This document shows, in pieces, positions 36,701 through 49,560 of a stretch of DNA of 64,000 bases. The number at the start of each line of letters is the position of its first letter. The first letter of the stretch is position 1. Made by a program: the position numbers and the translations under genes. The stretch covers positions 55,732,231 to 55,796,230 of the forward strand of contig NC_068997.1 in assembly GCF_001194135.2 (NCBI RefSeq), written 5' to 3'. Source of the DNA: Octopus bimaculoides. Lineage: Eukaryota. Below the pieces are notes generated by a model. It ran no database searches, had not been told where the DNA came from, and was given only the letters and a program-made list of their open reading frames with translations.

Positions 36701-38440
36701 TACTACTTTGACCCTACATCTTCAAGCATCTACAAAGCCTTGAACAACACCAATTTCCATAGTGGTGACTACACATACAAAGCAACACCAGGACTAATCA
36801 ATTAATTAACTCTCTCAGGTTTGTTCATCATCACACTCATGAGCCAGCTAGAGCCCAAAGCACTTGCCCTACAACAGGGGCATCAGGATCGATTCTTGTG
36901 AGGAGATTAAAAAATTCTATTGTATCACATGATGGTCAAGTAGACAGACTTTGAAATGGAACATCACGACGATACCAGATATCTTTCTGTAAATATGAAC
37001 TTACACAGGATCTCTGTTTGCAGGGGTCTGCTTATATATTAAGGAATTAATCATACCAATTAATATGAAGGCTACCCTACACAGAACAAAATCTCCCATA
37101 TAAATAACAGATATAATGAATCAAGAGTTAGAACTGCCAAAACCAAGCAGTTCCAAAAGTTTACTCATTCATAGTGGCTCTCCAGCATCCTTGACCAGAC
37201 TGCACAATGATAATAAACTCTAAAAGGATGTTAATAATTCCAGCAGTTGCCAATACTTGGTTTTTAAAGATTTCACACTTTAATTACTGTTGTAATTGAC
37301 TCAGCAATTTTGAAGGAGGAATCACCTATATACAACTGGCACCTGCTGAGCCATCACTCTGTAATGGGAATCTGCTTCCTACAGCAACAGTGTATCCACA
37401 CTATTCACTAACAATGTAGACGTGTTTAGGGATTTAAGACTGACTAATATAGCAATGAATCTGTGCAAGTCACAGATTCCTCATATAAGAGATAAGCACA
37501 GTGTCAGAATTTTTAAGCCAAAATATCATAATATAAAGAGTGTGAACTTTTGTTTTTTATTTCATTTCACTTTTAAATTTATTGCGCAACACTTCATATA
37601 AACATTTATATAGAAATTTACTTTTTAAACAAGTTGTTCTTCACAAGGTGACACATTGAGTTTTTCTTTTTACTTTTCTTTTCTTTATATAAATATCTGT
37701 ATGTACAATTAAGCTGATATTCCCTATCCATTTAAACACAGCAATTCGGTTTCCTATATGATTTACGAAAGCAAGTCATCTATATGAAGTTCACACTAAG
37801 AGTCCATTGAAAATGGCAGCTGTATACCAAAACTTCAAGTTCAAAGTATCGGAAAGAAAAGCAATAAACATTGTCAGATTCAAGGCTTGTAGACTTAACA
37901 ATAGGAATAAGTGTCTTTTGCTTTACTAGTAAGTTACATTCTCCTGTCTTCTCTTTCTTCTTGTATTTGAATAGAGAGAAACACACATTCCTAATATCAC
38001 TTAAGATTACTAAGCTATGAACAGAAAATAAATTATCAATTCAACAAGAGGATGGAAAAGTCTTTAAACCTTCTAAGTGTGCAGAGGAGAAAAGCTGTAA
38101 TTAACCTACATAATTAGTCACATGGAAAATCATATTCATTGTGTGGAAAGGAGGTAACCTTTTCGTTGTTTTAAGTAGGCATTCTGCTTTTGTTTTAATT
38201 TATGTGAATTGCAAGATCTTTGAATGCACTGCCAGTTTCCTGAATATTCTGCTTAACAGAAGTGTTTCCAATGCTCTGTCAGTCACAAAGTGACATTCTC
38301 TGTCAAAAATCATCACTCACAGAATACAAGAATACTCCTCTAGCTGTAATTATAATTTACTGTTAATCCAAAATATTTTTCTGTAATAGATAATACAGTT
38401 AAATCTGTTACAAGCCAAAGTTACCAATAATAATAGTAAT

Positions 38441-38882
38441 AATTCTTTCTACTACAAGCTCAAGGCCTGAAATTTTGGAGGAGTGGTGGGGGTTAGTCAA
38501 TTACAATGACCCCAGTGCTTAGTTGGTTCTTATTTTATCAACTCTGAAAGGAAAAAGAGCAAAGTTGATCTCAGAGGAATTTCAATTCAGGATATAAAGC
38601 CTGAAAAAATGCCACAAAGCATTTTGTCTGCTATTGTAACAATTCGGCCAGCCCCACCCCACTTTAACAAAGGCTTCTGATTAAGGCACATGGCCAGAAG
38701 TTTTGAGAGAAGGGCTTAGTCCAGAATATTAATTTCAGTACTTGACTCGTAGTTTATTTTATTGATCCCCTGTAGGATGAAAGATAAAATTGACCAAAGT
38801 TGAATTTAAACTCAGAACATAAAGAACCAGAACAAATACCAAAGGAACTTTAGCCTGATGTTCTGACCATTCTGTCAAGTCA
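38441..38882 (-). mobile_element. Two tandem SINE C copies (38441-38665 and 38685-38882)
   Basis: Both contain TTATTTTAT(C/T)...AAAGTTGA/AAATTGACC...AATT(T)(C/A)AA(T/C)TCAG. Confidence 0.85.
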
Positions 38883-39429
38883 TGCTATTTGAGGCACACA
38901 AAAAAAAACAATAAAAAACAGCAAAATAAAACAGTAAATAAGCACAAAATACATGAAAATGTTGAAAGAGTGTAAAGTAATTCTTGTAAAATTTATTGAA
39001 TTTTACTAATATAATAGAAAAAAAAAATGCAAATATTTAGTCAGCAATTTGATATCATATGTCAATGCATGGTTGATATCAAACTCTAGAATGATTTCAA
39101 CTCCATCACACAGAAATTGGTAAACAGTTCTAATGAAAACAGAATCAGTCAACCCAAAGTTAATAGGGAAATGTGTATTTTGAATGTAATCATAAAAAAT
39201 AAAGGAAACACGGCATTGAAAATTTGATTTTTCCAGAAACATAAACCGGTATTCCAAAAATGATAGAATGATGGCAATCTAAAGAAAGGGCCAGACTCTT
39301 TTCAAATCTCATAGATAATACATAACAAGCATTAGTGGGCATGAATCCATAGTCTTCTAAGATAGTCTCTCCGCACCCTGCCATATAAAAGAAACAAAAC
39401 TATGACAATATCTTTGAATAACATTTGGA

Positions 39430-40390
39430 GAGAATATAGTTTGATCGTCATGTAACTTAGGACACCATAAGACTAATTAACTTAGGATACATTTTCCAAG
39501 TTCAAACTAATATTAGAAACTAAAATGGAACACTTTAATGAAACAATCAGTGATGAAAATCACAAAGCAAACAATAATTAAAAGCATTAAGAATTTAAAT
39601 CCTGGAAATAGAGTTAACACAAGCAAAATAAATAACAAAACAACAAAGTCAACGCATGTAGAATATTGACCAATAAAAAGGTAATTTGAACATAAATAAA
39701 AAAAAATATATTAAAAAATGAGAATATGTGCAAGATTTAATAATAGGAAATTATAAAAGTAGGAATCATGAAAATGACAATTTAAAGGATGAAATAATTA
39801 AAGACTTAAAGTAGTAGGAATTCTTTCTATGGATGAGAGAAAGGACATCCCAAAGATAATAAAATAACTACAATAAACAATAGAAACCTGACTATTACAG
39901 ACTTAATGAAACCTTTACAAACATAAATATAACCATGTTAATAAAAATAATTCATGTAACGGCCTCTGTAATTATGAAAAAATGTTGGTACTCATTCAGC
40001 TCAACTCAGAGGAAAAACAAAATCCAAACAAACAATATAGAAAACAATATACAGCAAAAGACAAAAAATACAAGAAAAGATATCTCGATCAATATGAAAT
40101 CAAAGACAAATACTAGGGAAACATAAAAGAGCAAAATAAAAAAATATACCCAAAATAAAAGAAAGCTTAAAACAAGAGAAACTAGTTAAATGCAAAGAAT
40201 CCATTGGTATAAAAGTCGATAGCAATTCTTTAAATAGAACAAACAGTTTGACTCCAACTCAAAACAATTTTATCAAAAACTTGGAGAAAATATCATAGAA
40301 ATCAATGCAACACCAGTTGCAAGAGAAGTAGATGAATTCTTGGGGATGGGCTGGAAAGAAACCACCACAAAAAAACAGTCACTAAACAAT
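39430..40390 (+). mobile_element. R4-clade LINE remnant, region upstream of the RT
   Basis: A-rich decayed frame containing RKDISI and NKQFDSNSKQFYQKLGENIIEINATPVAREVDEF, typical of the R4/Dong pre-RT region. Confidence 0.65.
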
Positions 40391-40864
40391 CACGGGAAGC
40401 CATAACAACATAAAACATATCCTGGATGCTACTGCTGGGAATGTTTCCTTTTGAGATAGATGTGTGCCATTAGCTGAGTGAAGAAATCTATTTTGTACCC
40501 ACAAAGCCTCCAGGAAACCACCATCCAAACAGGCAATTTTGTTCCTTGCACAACTCTACCCCATCCATTATATCTCAGCTGTCATTATCAGTTCTTCACA
40601 AAACTCTTTTCTTCCTAGATCATCTGCAGTCCATCAATGTAGCTATTAAAGTCCACTACTAACATCAAATAGTGGAGAAAATGCTGCTTGGAAAGCTCAC
40701 ACATCTATCCAGAATTGAATAGCTCATAACCATCATGGTCTGAGAAAGATCTGTAGATTTGTTATCTCATCTCTGTCACATGGGGCCATCAAAAAGCTTT
40801 CAAGCCTTCCTATGTAAGGGTACATGCTCTGACAAAGCACCTTTCACACACACACACACATACT

Positions 40865-41330
40865 CACATAAACACATACTTTTATATGATGGCTTCATTC
40901 AATTCCCATCTGCCAAATCCACTCAAGAATTTTGTTGACCTGGAATAATGGAAGAAGACATTTGCTCGCACACACCTTGAGCAAATGCTTCTATTATGGT
41001 CCCAAGTCAATGTAACCCATTTTAATGAATTTCAATTGAAGTAGACTTTAAAGACCGATCACATGGCTGAATCTAACTTTGTCAAATTGCTTCTACTTGA
41101 TAATTGCTTAAAGGGTTCACATGTTTGTGGATTAGATTAGACTCAACCAGTTCATACAATAGTTCATCCATTTGTCAAAATCAACAGGAGAGTCCATCAT
41201 ATATATTGAGTAGGCTTCCACACAGTTTCCATTGTCACTTGGCAAATTTATTACACAAAACATTGGTCAACTTAGTGGTACAGTAGAAAGCACTTGAGTA
41301 AGGTGCTACACAACAGAATCACTCATTTGA
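40865..41330 (-). mobile_element. Two decayed SINE A head fragments (40865-40980 and 41205-41330)
   Basis: CCAAATCCACTCAAG...GAAGACATTTGCTC and GTAGAAAGCACTTGAGTAAGGTGCTACAC match the reverse complement of family A. Confidence 0.55.
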
Positions 41331-43429
41331 AGAACACGCTTCTAATTACATATCTATTCCTTTTATACAGATTTTATAGCAGTTCAGGTGTTTGGATTAA
41401 GATCTGTTAAGAGAAATATTCAAAAATATCTGGGTTGATGGAAAAAATAACTACATTAATATAATTGTGTTTAAGACTGATATTTTCGAAATAGTTGTAT
41501 GAATATAATTCTGATTTCAGCAAGTTTTCAAGCTTTATGCAGCCATTGTTGAATGAATTTCACCTGATTCGTGATAAACTCTGACTGAAATCATATAAAT
41601 GAGCTGATTAGATAGATTGTCTTCGGTTAAGAGATCTTATGTAATTCAAATACTGAAGCTGACATATAAATACTACATCAATATGAAATGATATGTCTTT
41701 AATTACGATTTATTTATTTATACATTGTTAATTTATTTGTTATAAACTTTTCTTAATATGTTGGGAAAGAAGTGGTGGGGGTGGGGGTGTGACCTGACAG
41801 AAATTTGATAAGCAGTTTGAGAATTAAAAACAGAATATTTTGTTTCCAAGAAGGAGCTGAAATGAAAAATAAAGACTGGATTAAGGAAAAATTGAAGACT
41901 GTTTACTTTAAACTAGTGTTAGAGGCTAAGAGAATAGCTAGTTATGATAGCTATGTAATATATTCTCTAACCCAAGTAAGCATGAGAGAGTAGGCACGAT
42001 GATGATGATGCTGATGCCGATGATGATGATGATGATAGTAGTGTAAAGAGAAAAGTGATACATGATCATTTATGTGAAATATTGAAGCAAATGTCATAAT
42101 TAGAGAAAGAAAACTTGAAATAGTCTGAGTAACAGTAGCCTGGTTTTATGTAATTCCATTATAAAGATTACCATTAAAGAATTCTACAATCATTGACATC
42201 ATCACCAGCATCATTTCTGTTATCGTCATCGTCATTGCCATGCGTTAGTTGGATGCAACTAAAATGGCATACAGATATGGAATAGAGGCAATAACAGTGA
42301 AGAGGAAGTTGATGACAACGGCAATGATGACAGAGTAGCAGTAATGAAGATAGTGACAGAGGAATATATAAAAGGTGATGCTGAAGATAAATAAAATGGT
42401 AGAAAAAAATTACATTGTGATTTTTTGATTAAGAAACAGTGTTTTTTTTTTCCTTCGATATATGTCAAACTGGTGTACTCCAGAGATGAGTTACTTATCA
42501 AACTAGCAGACATTGATAGGACAATTTGGTCAAATCATCTTTATTGTTTCTTATTTTTATTGTAATTTCATTTGTAAGAGTCCAGGCCATTTTACTTAAA
42601 GATTGAACTCTTGACTTTCACAAAATCATATTATCCACTGTAGACAACGGACATGATGGATAAGACTGTTAAAGTGAAAACAATTAGTTTTATTTAAGAA
42701 AAATATTGGTGGTTCTGCCATCTGAAATATCTTGGCTGGAAAAATTGAAAAATGGCCAACAAAATGTTTTTGATTAATCGTGTAAATGGTACAACACCAT
42801 TTACATGTAAAAACTACTTCAGTCAACAATTATGTGATTTTTGTGGCTGAGCTTTTACATTGTTGTTTGACCTGCTATAAATAGCAGCCAAATCTCTTTT
42901 CACATTATCCCATTATAGCTTATCAGAAAAATAGAAGGAATTATAAAGTGATGATGAACTTGGGTCAATAGAAAGAAGATGGGATTATCACAGTAGGGAG
43001 GTTTCTTGATTACACAGAAATCTACTCTATTTGAGCTGACCTGGGGCTATAAAATACCACTGTAGATCTTGTGAGCCAATAATGGAGATTTTATGCAGTT
43101 ATTCAGTGCTCTAGAAAAAGCAGTCAAAGCTTATCATTTCTTTCTTTCTTTCTCTCTCTTTCTCTCCCCCCTCTCTACTATTTTGGGAAAAGAAAGGGAA
43201 AAAAAAGGGAAGAAAGCTCTGGAAAATGTAAGTACAACATGTAAATCTAGTGACGAATGTAGCAAAGCGTCAGATGTCAAAGATATCAAATAATATTTGT
43301 TTGAGTTGATGCAAACAATAAAAACAGTAATTTCATCAAAGCTTGCAAGGAATTTTCAAAGCTTGCTATAAACAAGGAAATAAATTAATCTCATAAAACT
43401 ATATTAACAGAATGTACCAACTCATTTTA

Positions 43430-43545
43430 GAGCTATGAGGCCGTATGAAAAACGTCTGATGGAGAACTGAACAAAATACCATGTAATTATTTGCTCTGCT
43501 CTTTATGTTTTGAGTTCAAATCTTTCCCAGGTCAACGTACCTTTA
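43430..43545 (+). mobile_element. Decayed SINE C head
   Basis: CTCTTTATGTTTTGAGTTCAAATCTTTCCCAGGTCAAC. Confidence 0.55.
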
Positions 43546-44157
43546 CAATCAACTGCATCTACACCAAATTTCTGTGACAAATTATTGAGGTAATGAAGAG
43601 AAAAATGGGTAATGGAAGAATCAAAGAGTGAGTTAGTTGTTCTTTCACTGAATTAAGGCAATGGATTAGTAAGATTCCTCAGAGTGACGGAAAAAATATG
43701 TTAGCAAGCATTGGAATTGAACATAAATCCTTGTGGATATGAATGGAACATTTTAACTTCATAAATATAGCTGCAATCATTCCCAGTTGAAATTGTTCAC
43801 CTCAAAATAAGTTAAAGGCAAAATAAAACTTCAGAAAACATCTGAAAACTAGTTTAAAGTAAAAGAGAAGTGTAATAAACATTATAATGGATGAAATAAT
43901 GCAAAACATGCAAATGAATTGATTTAAGAAGAAATTGAGAAACAGGGAATAGAGAAAAGTTTTAGATAAGGAGAATTTAAAGGTAAGCTGATACGAAAAA
44001 ATTAGAAAAGTCAAGCAAGCATATCTGGAAACGGACATGGCTGTTATGATTAAAAATAGTTCAAACAATAGAATAAATTTTGTGCTGTGAGGAAGAAAAG
44101 AAACCCAATGTTGCAGATGCATGTTTCCGAAGAAAGAGAAAAAAGAAGTTTCTTTCA

Positions 44158-44280
44158 TTTAATGTCTGTTTTTCCATGCTTGTGTGGGTTTGTTTGGAGA
44201 GTTATTTGAGGTAGGATTTCATGGCTGGATGCTCTTCCTGTCACCAACCTCTACCTGTTTTTCAAGTAAGGGATTTCTTT
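44158..44280 (-). mobile_element. RTE-tailed SINE 3' end (A2 or D tail)
   Basis: TTTAATGTCTGTTTTTCCATGCTTG...GGCTGGATGCTCTTCCTGTCACCAACC. Confidence 0.75.
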
Positions 44281-45207
44281 ACTGCAGAACTCTTTGAAAA
44301 GGTAGAGCAAAACATGTCTGAAGATCCAAAGGAAACATTATCTTGTTTGGAAAACAAAGGAGTGTTGGCAAGAATAAGAACACGCAGCCAATGAAAATTT
44401 GCCTCAACCAATTACATTTGACCAATGTAACAATTAAAAAGTGGAGATTAAAATACTAATGAGGAAAATGGTAATGAAGCTGATATATATACATGTTTGT
44501 GTATATGTGTGTATGTGTGTGTGCATGTATGTCTAAATTAAATGTCTTTTTTAAGTGATGCCAAACGGTTTCCTTTTTCACTTATACTTTAATCTATATC
44601 TATCAGCTCAAGGGGAAACCACTTCTAGCCACCTGTGATAGACAGTCTCAACATCTGTGTGTGTGTGTTTCTACAGATGTATATCAGCAAACAATAGGAG
44701 CATTGACAACAACAATCACAAAAATATGAAAAAAGTGCTTTACAAATAAAGCTTCATGCTAATTTTGTTCTGCACTGATTTAAAACCACTCCCCTGATAT
44801 TGTTACTTTGAGAAATGCAACAACACTCATTTGGACCAATTGTGAAATAAAATAAAATAAAATGAATCACTCAATGCCAGTCCAATACTTTATTAAAATA
44901 GAAGTGACAACATAACAAGAAACACATGACTTAATAATAAATAACACCAAAATTTTTATGTGGCTGAGAAAGATGAAGAATACAGAGGAGAGAAGCGACT
45001 AAAATATCTGAACCAGTGTGAAAGGGGAAGACTGAAGATAACATCAAATATTGAATAAACACATCATAAGTATATTTGGAAAGAAAAAGAAAAGGGAAGT
45101 TTAATTTATTACAAAGTATTTGAAAGTGAAATAAAAATGTCTATATGGATATGTATCTATAAATATGTATATATAATATATATATAAACATGTATGTATA
45201 AATATGC

Positions 45208-45253
<46 letters not shown>

Positions 45254-45407
45254 GGCAAACGAAAGACAGAAGAGGGAATATATGAGAATTTATAAATATA
45301 TATCTTTATATATATACATTAATATATATATATATATGTATANNNNNNNNNNNNNNNNNNNNNNNNNNNNNNNNNNNNNNNNNNNNNNNNNNNNNNNNNN
45401 NNNNNNN

Positions 45408-45445
<38 letters not shown>

Positions 45446-46099
45446 TGTATATATATATAAAGATATATATTTATAGGAAGCACAAATAACTTACAGTAAT
45501 GATTGATGAGTTGAAACAAAGGGTATAGTGAAGACAAAATGGCTAAAATTAACAGATTTTAGTAGCAGAAGAAAATAAATCAATAAAGACGTAATAATAT
45601 GTTGTACTCTGATCAAAAATATGAGACTATGAAGAACACAGAATAAATCAAACTTAAGAATGGTGAAGTAATGCTGTACACGAAGGATTCCTCATTCATG
45701 ATAAGTAAAAAAAATAATAAATGAATAAAAAGACAATAGAAATAGTAAAAGGGATGTGTGGTGTATGTAATGAAGGTCAGTGAGCATAAAACTAATCTCC
45801 TGTTTGTGAATAATTTGAAGGCCATATGTAAATAATGAAGCTTATATAGTTTAAAATGGTGCTTGAGCTTGACTGGGGAAGCTGAAGGAAAATGTGATCG
45901 ATTTGGGAAGGAAACAAGTAGAGTCTTGATAATATAATGATGGGAGAATCATGTAGAAAATGGTGAAATCAAGATAATGTCAAAGGAAATAAAACAAGTG
46001 GGTTGTAATGGTTTATAGTAGAGAGATAAGGTAAATGAAAATAATGTTGGGAATGAAGGATGTATCTATGCTGAAGCAAAAAAAACCCCCCAAAAATAA

Positions 46100-46208
46100 G
46101 GAATAATTCTCTTTTTTAAATAGTGGATCTTGAAGCATGCATAAAGCTACAAATAACAGCTTTATGCATACTTCAAGATTCAATATTAAAAAAAAAAGAA
46201 TTATTTCC
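46100..46208. repeat. Fold-back inverted repeat with a 22-bp core stem and 9-nt loop
   Basis: ATCTTGAAGCATGCATAAAGCT (46127-48), loop ACAAATAAC, AGCTTTATGCATACTTCAAGAT (46158-79); 21/22 pairs, with imperfect extension to 46100 and 46208. Confidence 0.9.
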
Positions 46209-46309
46209 TGTTCTCTTAAAAGTTCTTAAAATTCTTATGATGTCAGAAAAGTACAGTTTGGTTTCATGTGCTACATATCTGTTCTTGTTGTAGAGAAATA
46301 ATTATTTCT

Positions 46310-46435
46310 AATTGAAGCACAAGTGAAAAGGTTTTGAGGGGAGGGGCTTAGTCACCCCCAAAGGTTTATTTTAGATAAAAAAACAAAGTTGATTTCAGCG
46401 AGATTTGAATCAAATCATAAAGAGCCAGAATATAG
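46310..46435 (-). mobile_element. Decayed SINE C
   Basis: GCACAAG...TTTTGAGGGGAGGGGCTTAGTC...AAAGTTGATTTCAGCGAGATTTGAA. Confidence 0.55.
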
Positions 46436-46437
46436 CA

Positions 46438-46494
<57 letters not shown>

Positions 46495-46534
46495 TGTGTT
46501 TGTGTATGTGTGTGTTTGTGTTTATACTGCGCCT

Positions 46535-46692
46535 TTTGTGTCCTGTAAATTAGCAGTTTAGCAAATGGAGATTGATAAAATAAATTAAAGACTGAAAGTA
46601 GCTTTAGGATCAATATGACCAACTAAACTCTTGAAGGTGATGCTCCAGCATAGCCACAGTACAGAGGATGAAATTAACAAAAGAGTAAAAGA
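46535..46692 (+). mobile_element. SINE A tail after (TG)n
   Basis: GAAGGTGATGCTCCAGCATAGCCACAG...AAAAGAGTAAAAGA. Confidence 0.7.
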
Positions 46693-48029
46693 ATTCACTG
46701 CACACAAAAGAAAGTAAAGTTACATTACTTGCAAAAACTGTGTGAAATGTGAGAATCATTGTTGTTTGGATATGTGTGTAGGAACGAAGATTTTCAGCTG
46801 GAAATGGTAAAGGAGAGCAGAATGTTTTGAGTGAAGAATATTTGTACTGAAAAATTAAGGATAATGGAAACAGAAAATTTGCAAGTACAAGAAAATATAT
46901 AGAATAAAGTGTTTGGTTGGTAATATTATAGACAAAGGAGGAAAAAGGGAAATAAACTGAAAGACTGAGACATAAATGGTTATCTTATAAGAGCAAATAT
47001 AAGTTAATCTGATTGACATTAAAATGTGGGAGACATTGGTTTGGTATATCACATATTTCTATTTAAAGATCAATCAACCTTTACAAGCTTGAATCTACGG
47101 GTTAGCCTTATAAATACTTCCAAATAGATAACGAAAGAAAGGGTAAAATAACATTTAAGTTTCTATAGCAACATGTTTGGAATGCTTAGCACAAACCTAA
47201 GGCGTGGTGGTAATCACATTAAGTATTTATGTTCAAAGAACAAACATTGCGAGAATAAAAGACGCCAATATCTTGTATGTTTCCTTACAAAAATGTAGAT
47301 AGAAAGTCAATCTGTTGTTTGAGATGCTTGTTCACAGAGCAGGAAATGACAATCTTAATAAGGATAGCAAAGCAGAGTATTGTCTATCTAACACGACTAG
47401 TTGAGTAGTGCTTGCGTTTTGATGTTGATACTGCTGTGACTGCTTCCAATATTGATAACATTAGATAAATGAGGTGATATACTTTCATGAGTTTGATCTC
47501 TGTTCTAATTCCAAAATATGGAAGAATGAAACAAGACATCTATATATTTGATCTGACATTGCTTAAAGAAAGATACTCAAAGCATTTCATGAATTTATGA
47601 GGATCGGATAGCTTCTTTCATCTTCCATTCAGCTACAAAGGATTATTGATGTCATTTCGGTTTCATCTGAGTAAATTAGGAGTGAATTCTTACAGAGAAA
47701 GAATAATAATTTGAATTGATTTTTCTTCATATACGTCTATGAGCAGAGGGAATCCAGTGAAATGATTTCTTGTAGTAACAAGGAATCATTATCGAATTGT
47801 TGACAGTAACATTAGAAATAAGTTATGTGGAGATTAAATTCAGAATTAATGGTGTCAACGTGGAATATATCAAACTGGCTGTGACTATTGTTATCTGGTA
47901 TAATATGTTAGATTTAATTCACAGAATCTTTGATGCTAGCAACCAAAATTGTTTCATTCAGATGAATATATTGCACACAAGTTATACTCAACTGCTTCAC
48001 GTACATGATAAAAACAATGAAGTAATAAA

Positions 48030-48042
48030 TAATAATAACTAC

Positions 48043-48077
<35 letters not shown>

Positions 48078-48180
48078 GAGAAACAATAAAAATAAAAATA
48101 ATACTAACAATAATTAATAACAACAATAATGATGATAATAACAACAACAATAATAATAATATGATAATAATAATATTAGT
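48030..48180. repeat. (AAT)n/(AAC)n low-complexity tract
   Basis: Seen directly. Confidence 0.9.
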
Positions 48181-48409
48181 TTATTACTATTACAAAATTG
48201 TTAGAGACAAAGATGTTTCATGTGCAAGTAAAAGAGAATGTTTGAATCAATAATCACACATTAGTGGTAATTACTTCATCAATCTTGGAAAAACTAAAGA
48301 TAAAAAAAAAGAAACAAACAGAAAACAATTACATTAAACTCAACATCATTAGGAATATAGTGAAGAATTCCATCATCTGCTCCATTCAATAATAAATAAG
48401 CAATAATTA

Positions 48410-48810
48410 TTCTTTCTTTTCAAATTTTAGTATACAACCAGTAATTTTGAGGGGAGGGGACAAGTTGATAACACTGACCCCAGTACTTGATTGATATTTT
48501 ATTTTATCGACTCTGAAAGGAGGAAAGGCAAGGTTGACCTTGGTAGGGTTTGAACTTAGCATGTAAAGAGCTTGAAGAGATGTTACAAAACATTTTGTCT
48601 GATGCTGTGTTGATATTAATAATAATAATAATAATAATAATAATCCTTTCTGCTATAGGCACAAGGTATGGAATTTTGGGGGCAGGTACTCATTTTATCA
48701 ACCCCAAAAGGATGAAAGGCAAAGTCAACCTTGGTGATATTTGAACTCAAAATATAAAGACAGATAAAATGTCATGGCATGCTACTGATTCGGTCAACTT
48801 GCTGTCATAT
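48410..48810 (-). mobile_element. Two tandem SINE C copies separated by (AAT)n (48410-48612 and 48643-48810)
   Basis: Both contain TTTTATC(G/A)AC...GAAAGGCAA(G/A)GT(T/C)(G/A)ACCTTGGT...TTTGAACT. Confidence 0.88.
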
Positions 48811-48857
<47 letters not shown>

Positions 48858-48929
48858 AAAAAATCAAATGGTATGATGGCCTGACATTTAAAGGAGATTG
48901 TATTTATAAAGTCTCAAGAGTTAGTTTGA

Positions 48930-49320
48930 AATCTACCATCATTAGTGCACTTGCAACCATCTCAAAGAAAGTAAAAATAATAATTGTAGGATCTCTAGGA
49001 ATGATAAAAAAAAGGTACTGAAACTTATTTGAAAATGATACCAGGCTTACCATCCCTACAGGAAGTGCAAAAAATTGTGTTAACTGGAACGACTCATGTA
49101 CTGAGAAGAGCATTATCGCTGTGTAAACAACATCCATTCATGAATATTTTTTATTTATTAATTTCTTTTTAAAATACATATTTTACCTGTAAATTTGCGT
49201 GTGTAAACTGGGAATGCATACAATGAGTTTCTCTGCCCGAGGTATAAGGAAAACACTCGGCGAGAAATGGAAGAAAATTTGAAGAAAGAAGAAAAAAAAC
49301 ATAATAATAATAATAATGTG
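48930..49320 (+). mobile_element. R4/Dong 3' end with UTR and (TAA)n tail
   Basis: IVGSLGMIKK, a +1 slip in the A-run, then GTETYLKMIPGLPSLQEVQKIVLTGTTHVLRRALS; ends AAAACATAATAATAATAAT. Confidence 0.85.
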
Positions 49321-49359
49321 TGATTGAGTATTTTCTGATTACTGATACAAACTAGTGTT

Positions 49360-49560
49360 TGTATTACTGATTACTGTTACAAACATCTGTCAAAAAAAGT
49401 AACTTAGTCATTGGAAATATAGAGACTGATAAAAGAATTACCAGGCTGAAATAATCACCAGGACTGACGTGATGGCTAAAAGGAAAAAGTAAGTTAAGAT
49501 GTGCTCTAGTATGGCCACAATCCACATAACTGCAGAGAGTAATAGAACATGCCAATAGAA
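49360..49560 (+). mobile_element. Decayed SINE A tail
   Basis: GTAACTTAGTC...AGAGACTGATAAAAG...GTGCTCTAGTATGGCCACAATC. Confidence 0.6.

Noticed and set aside
44316-44345. CTGAAGA...GAAAC hammerhead-like words
   Set aside because: No credible stem II or stem I; a similar CTGAAGATG at about 18200 lacks a downstream GAAA.
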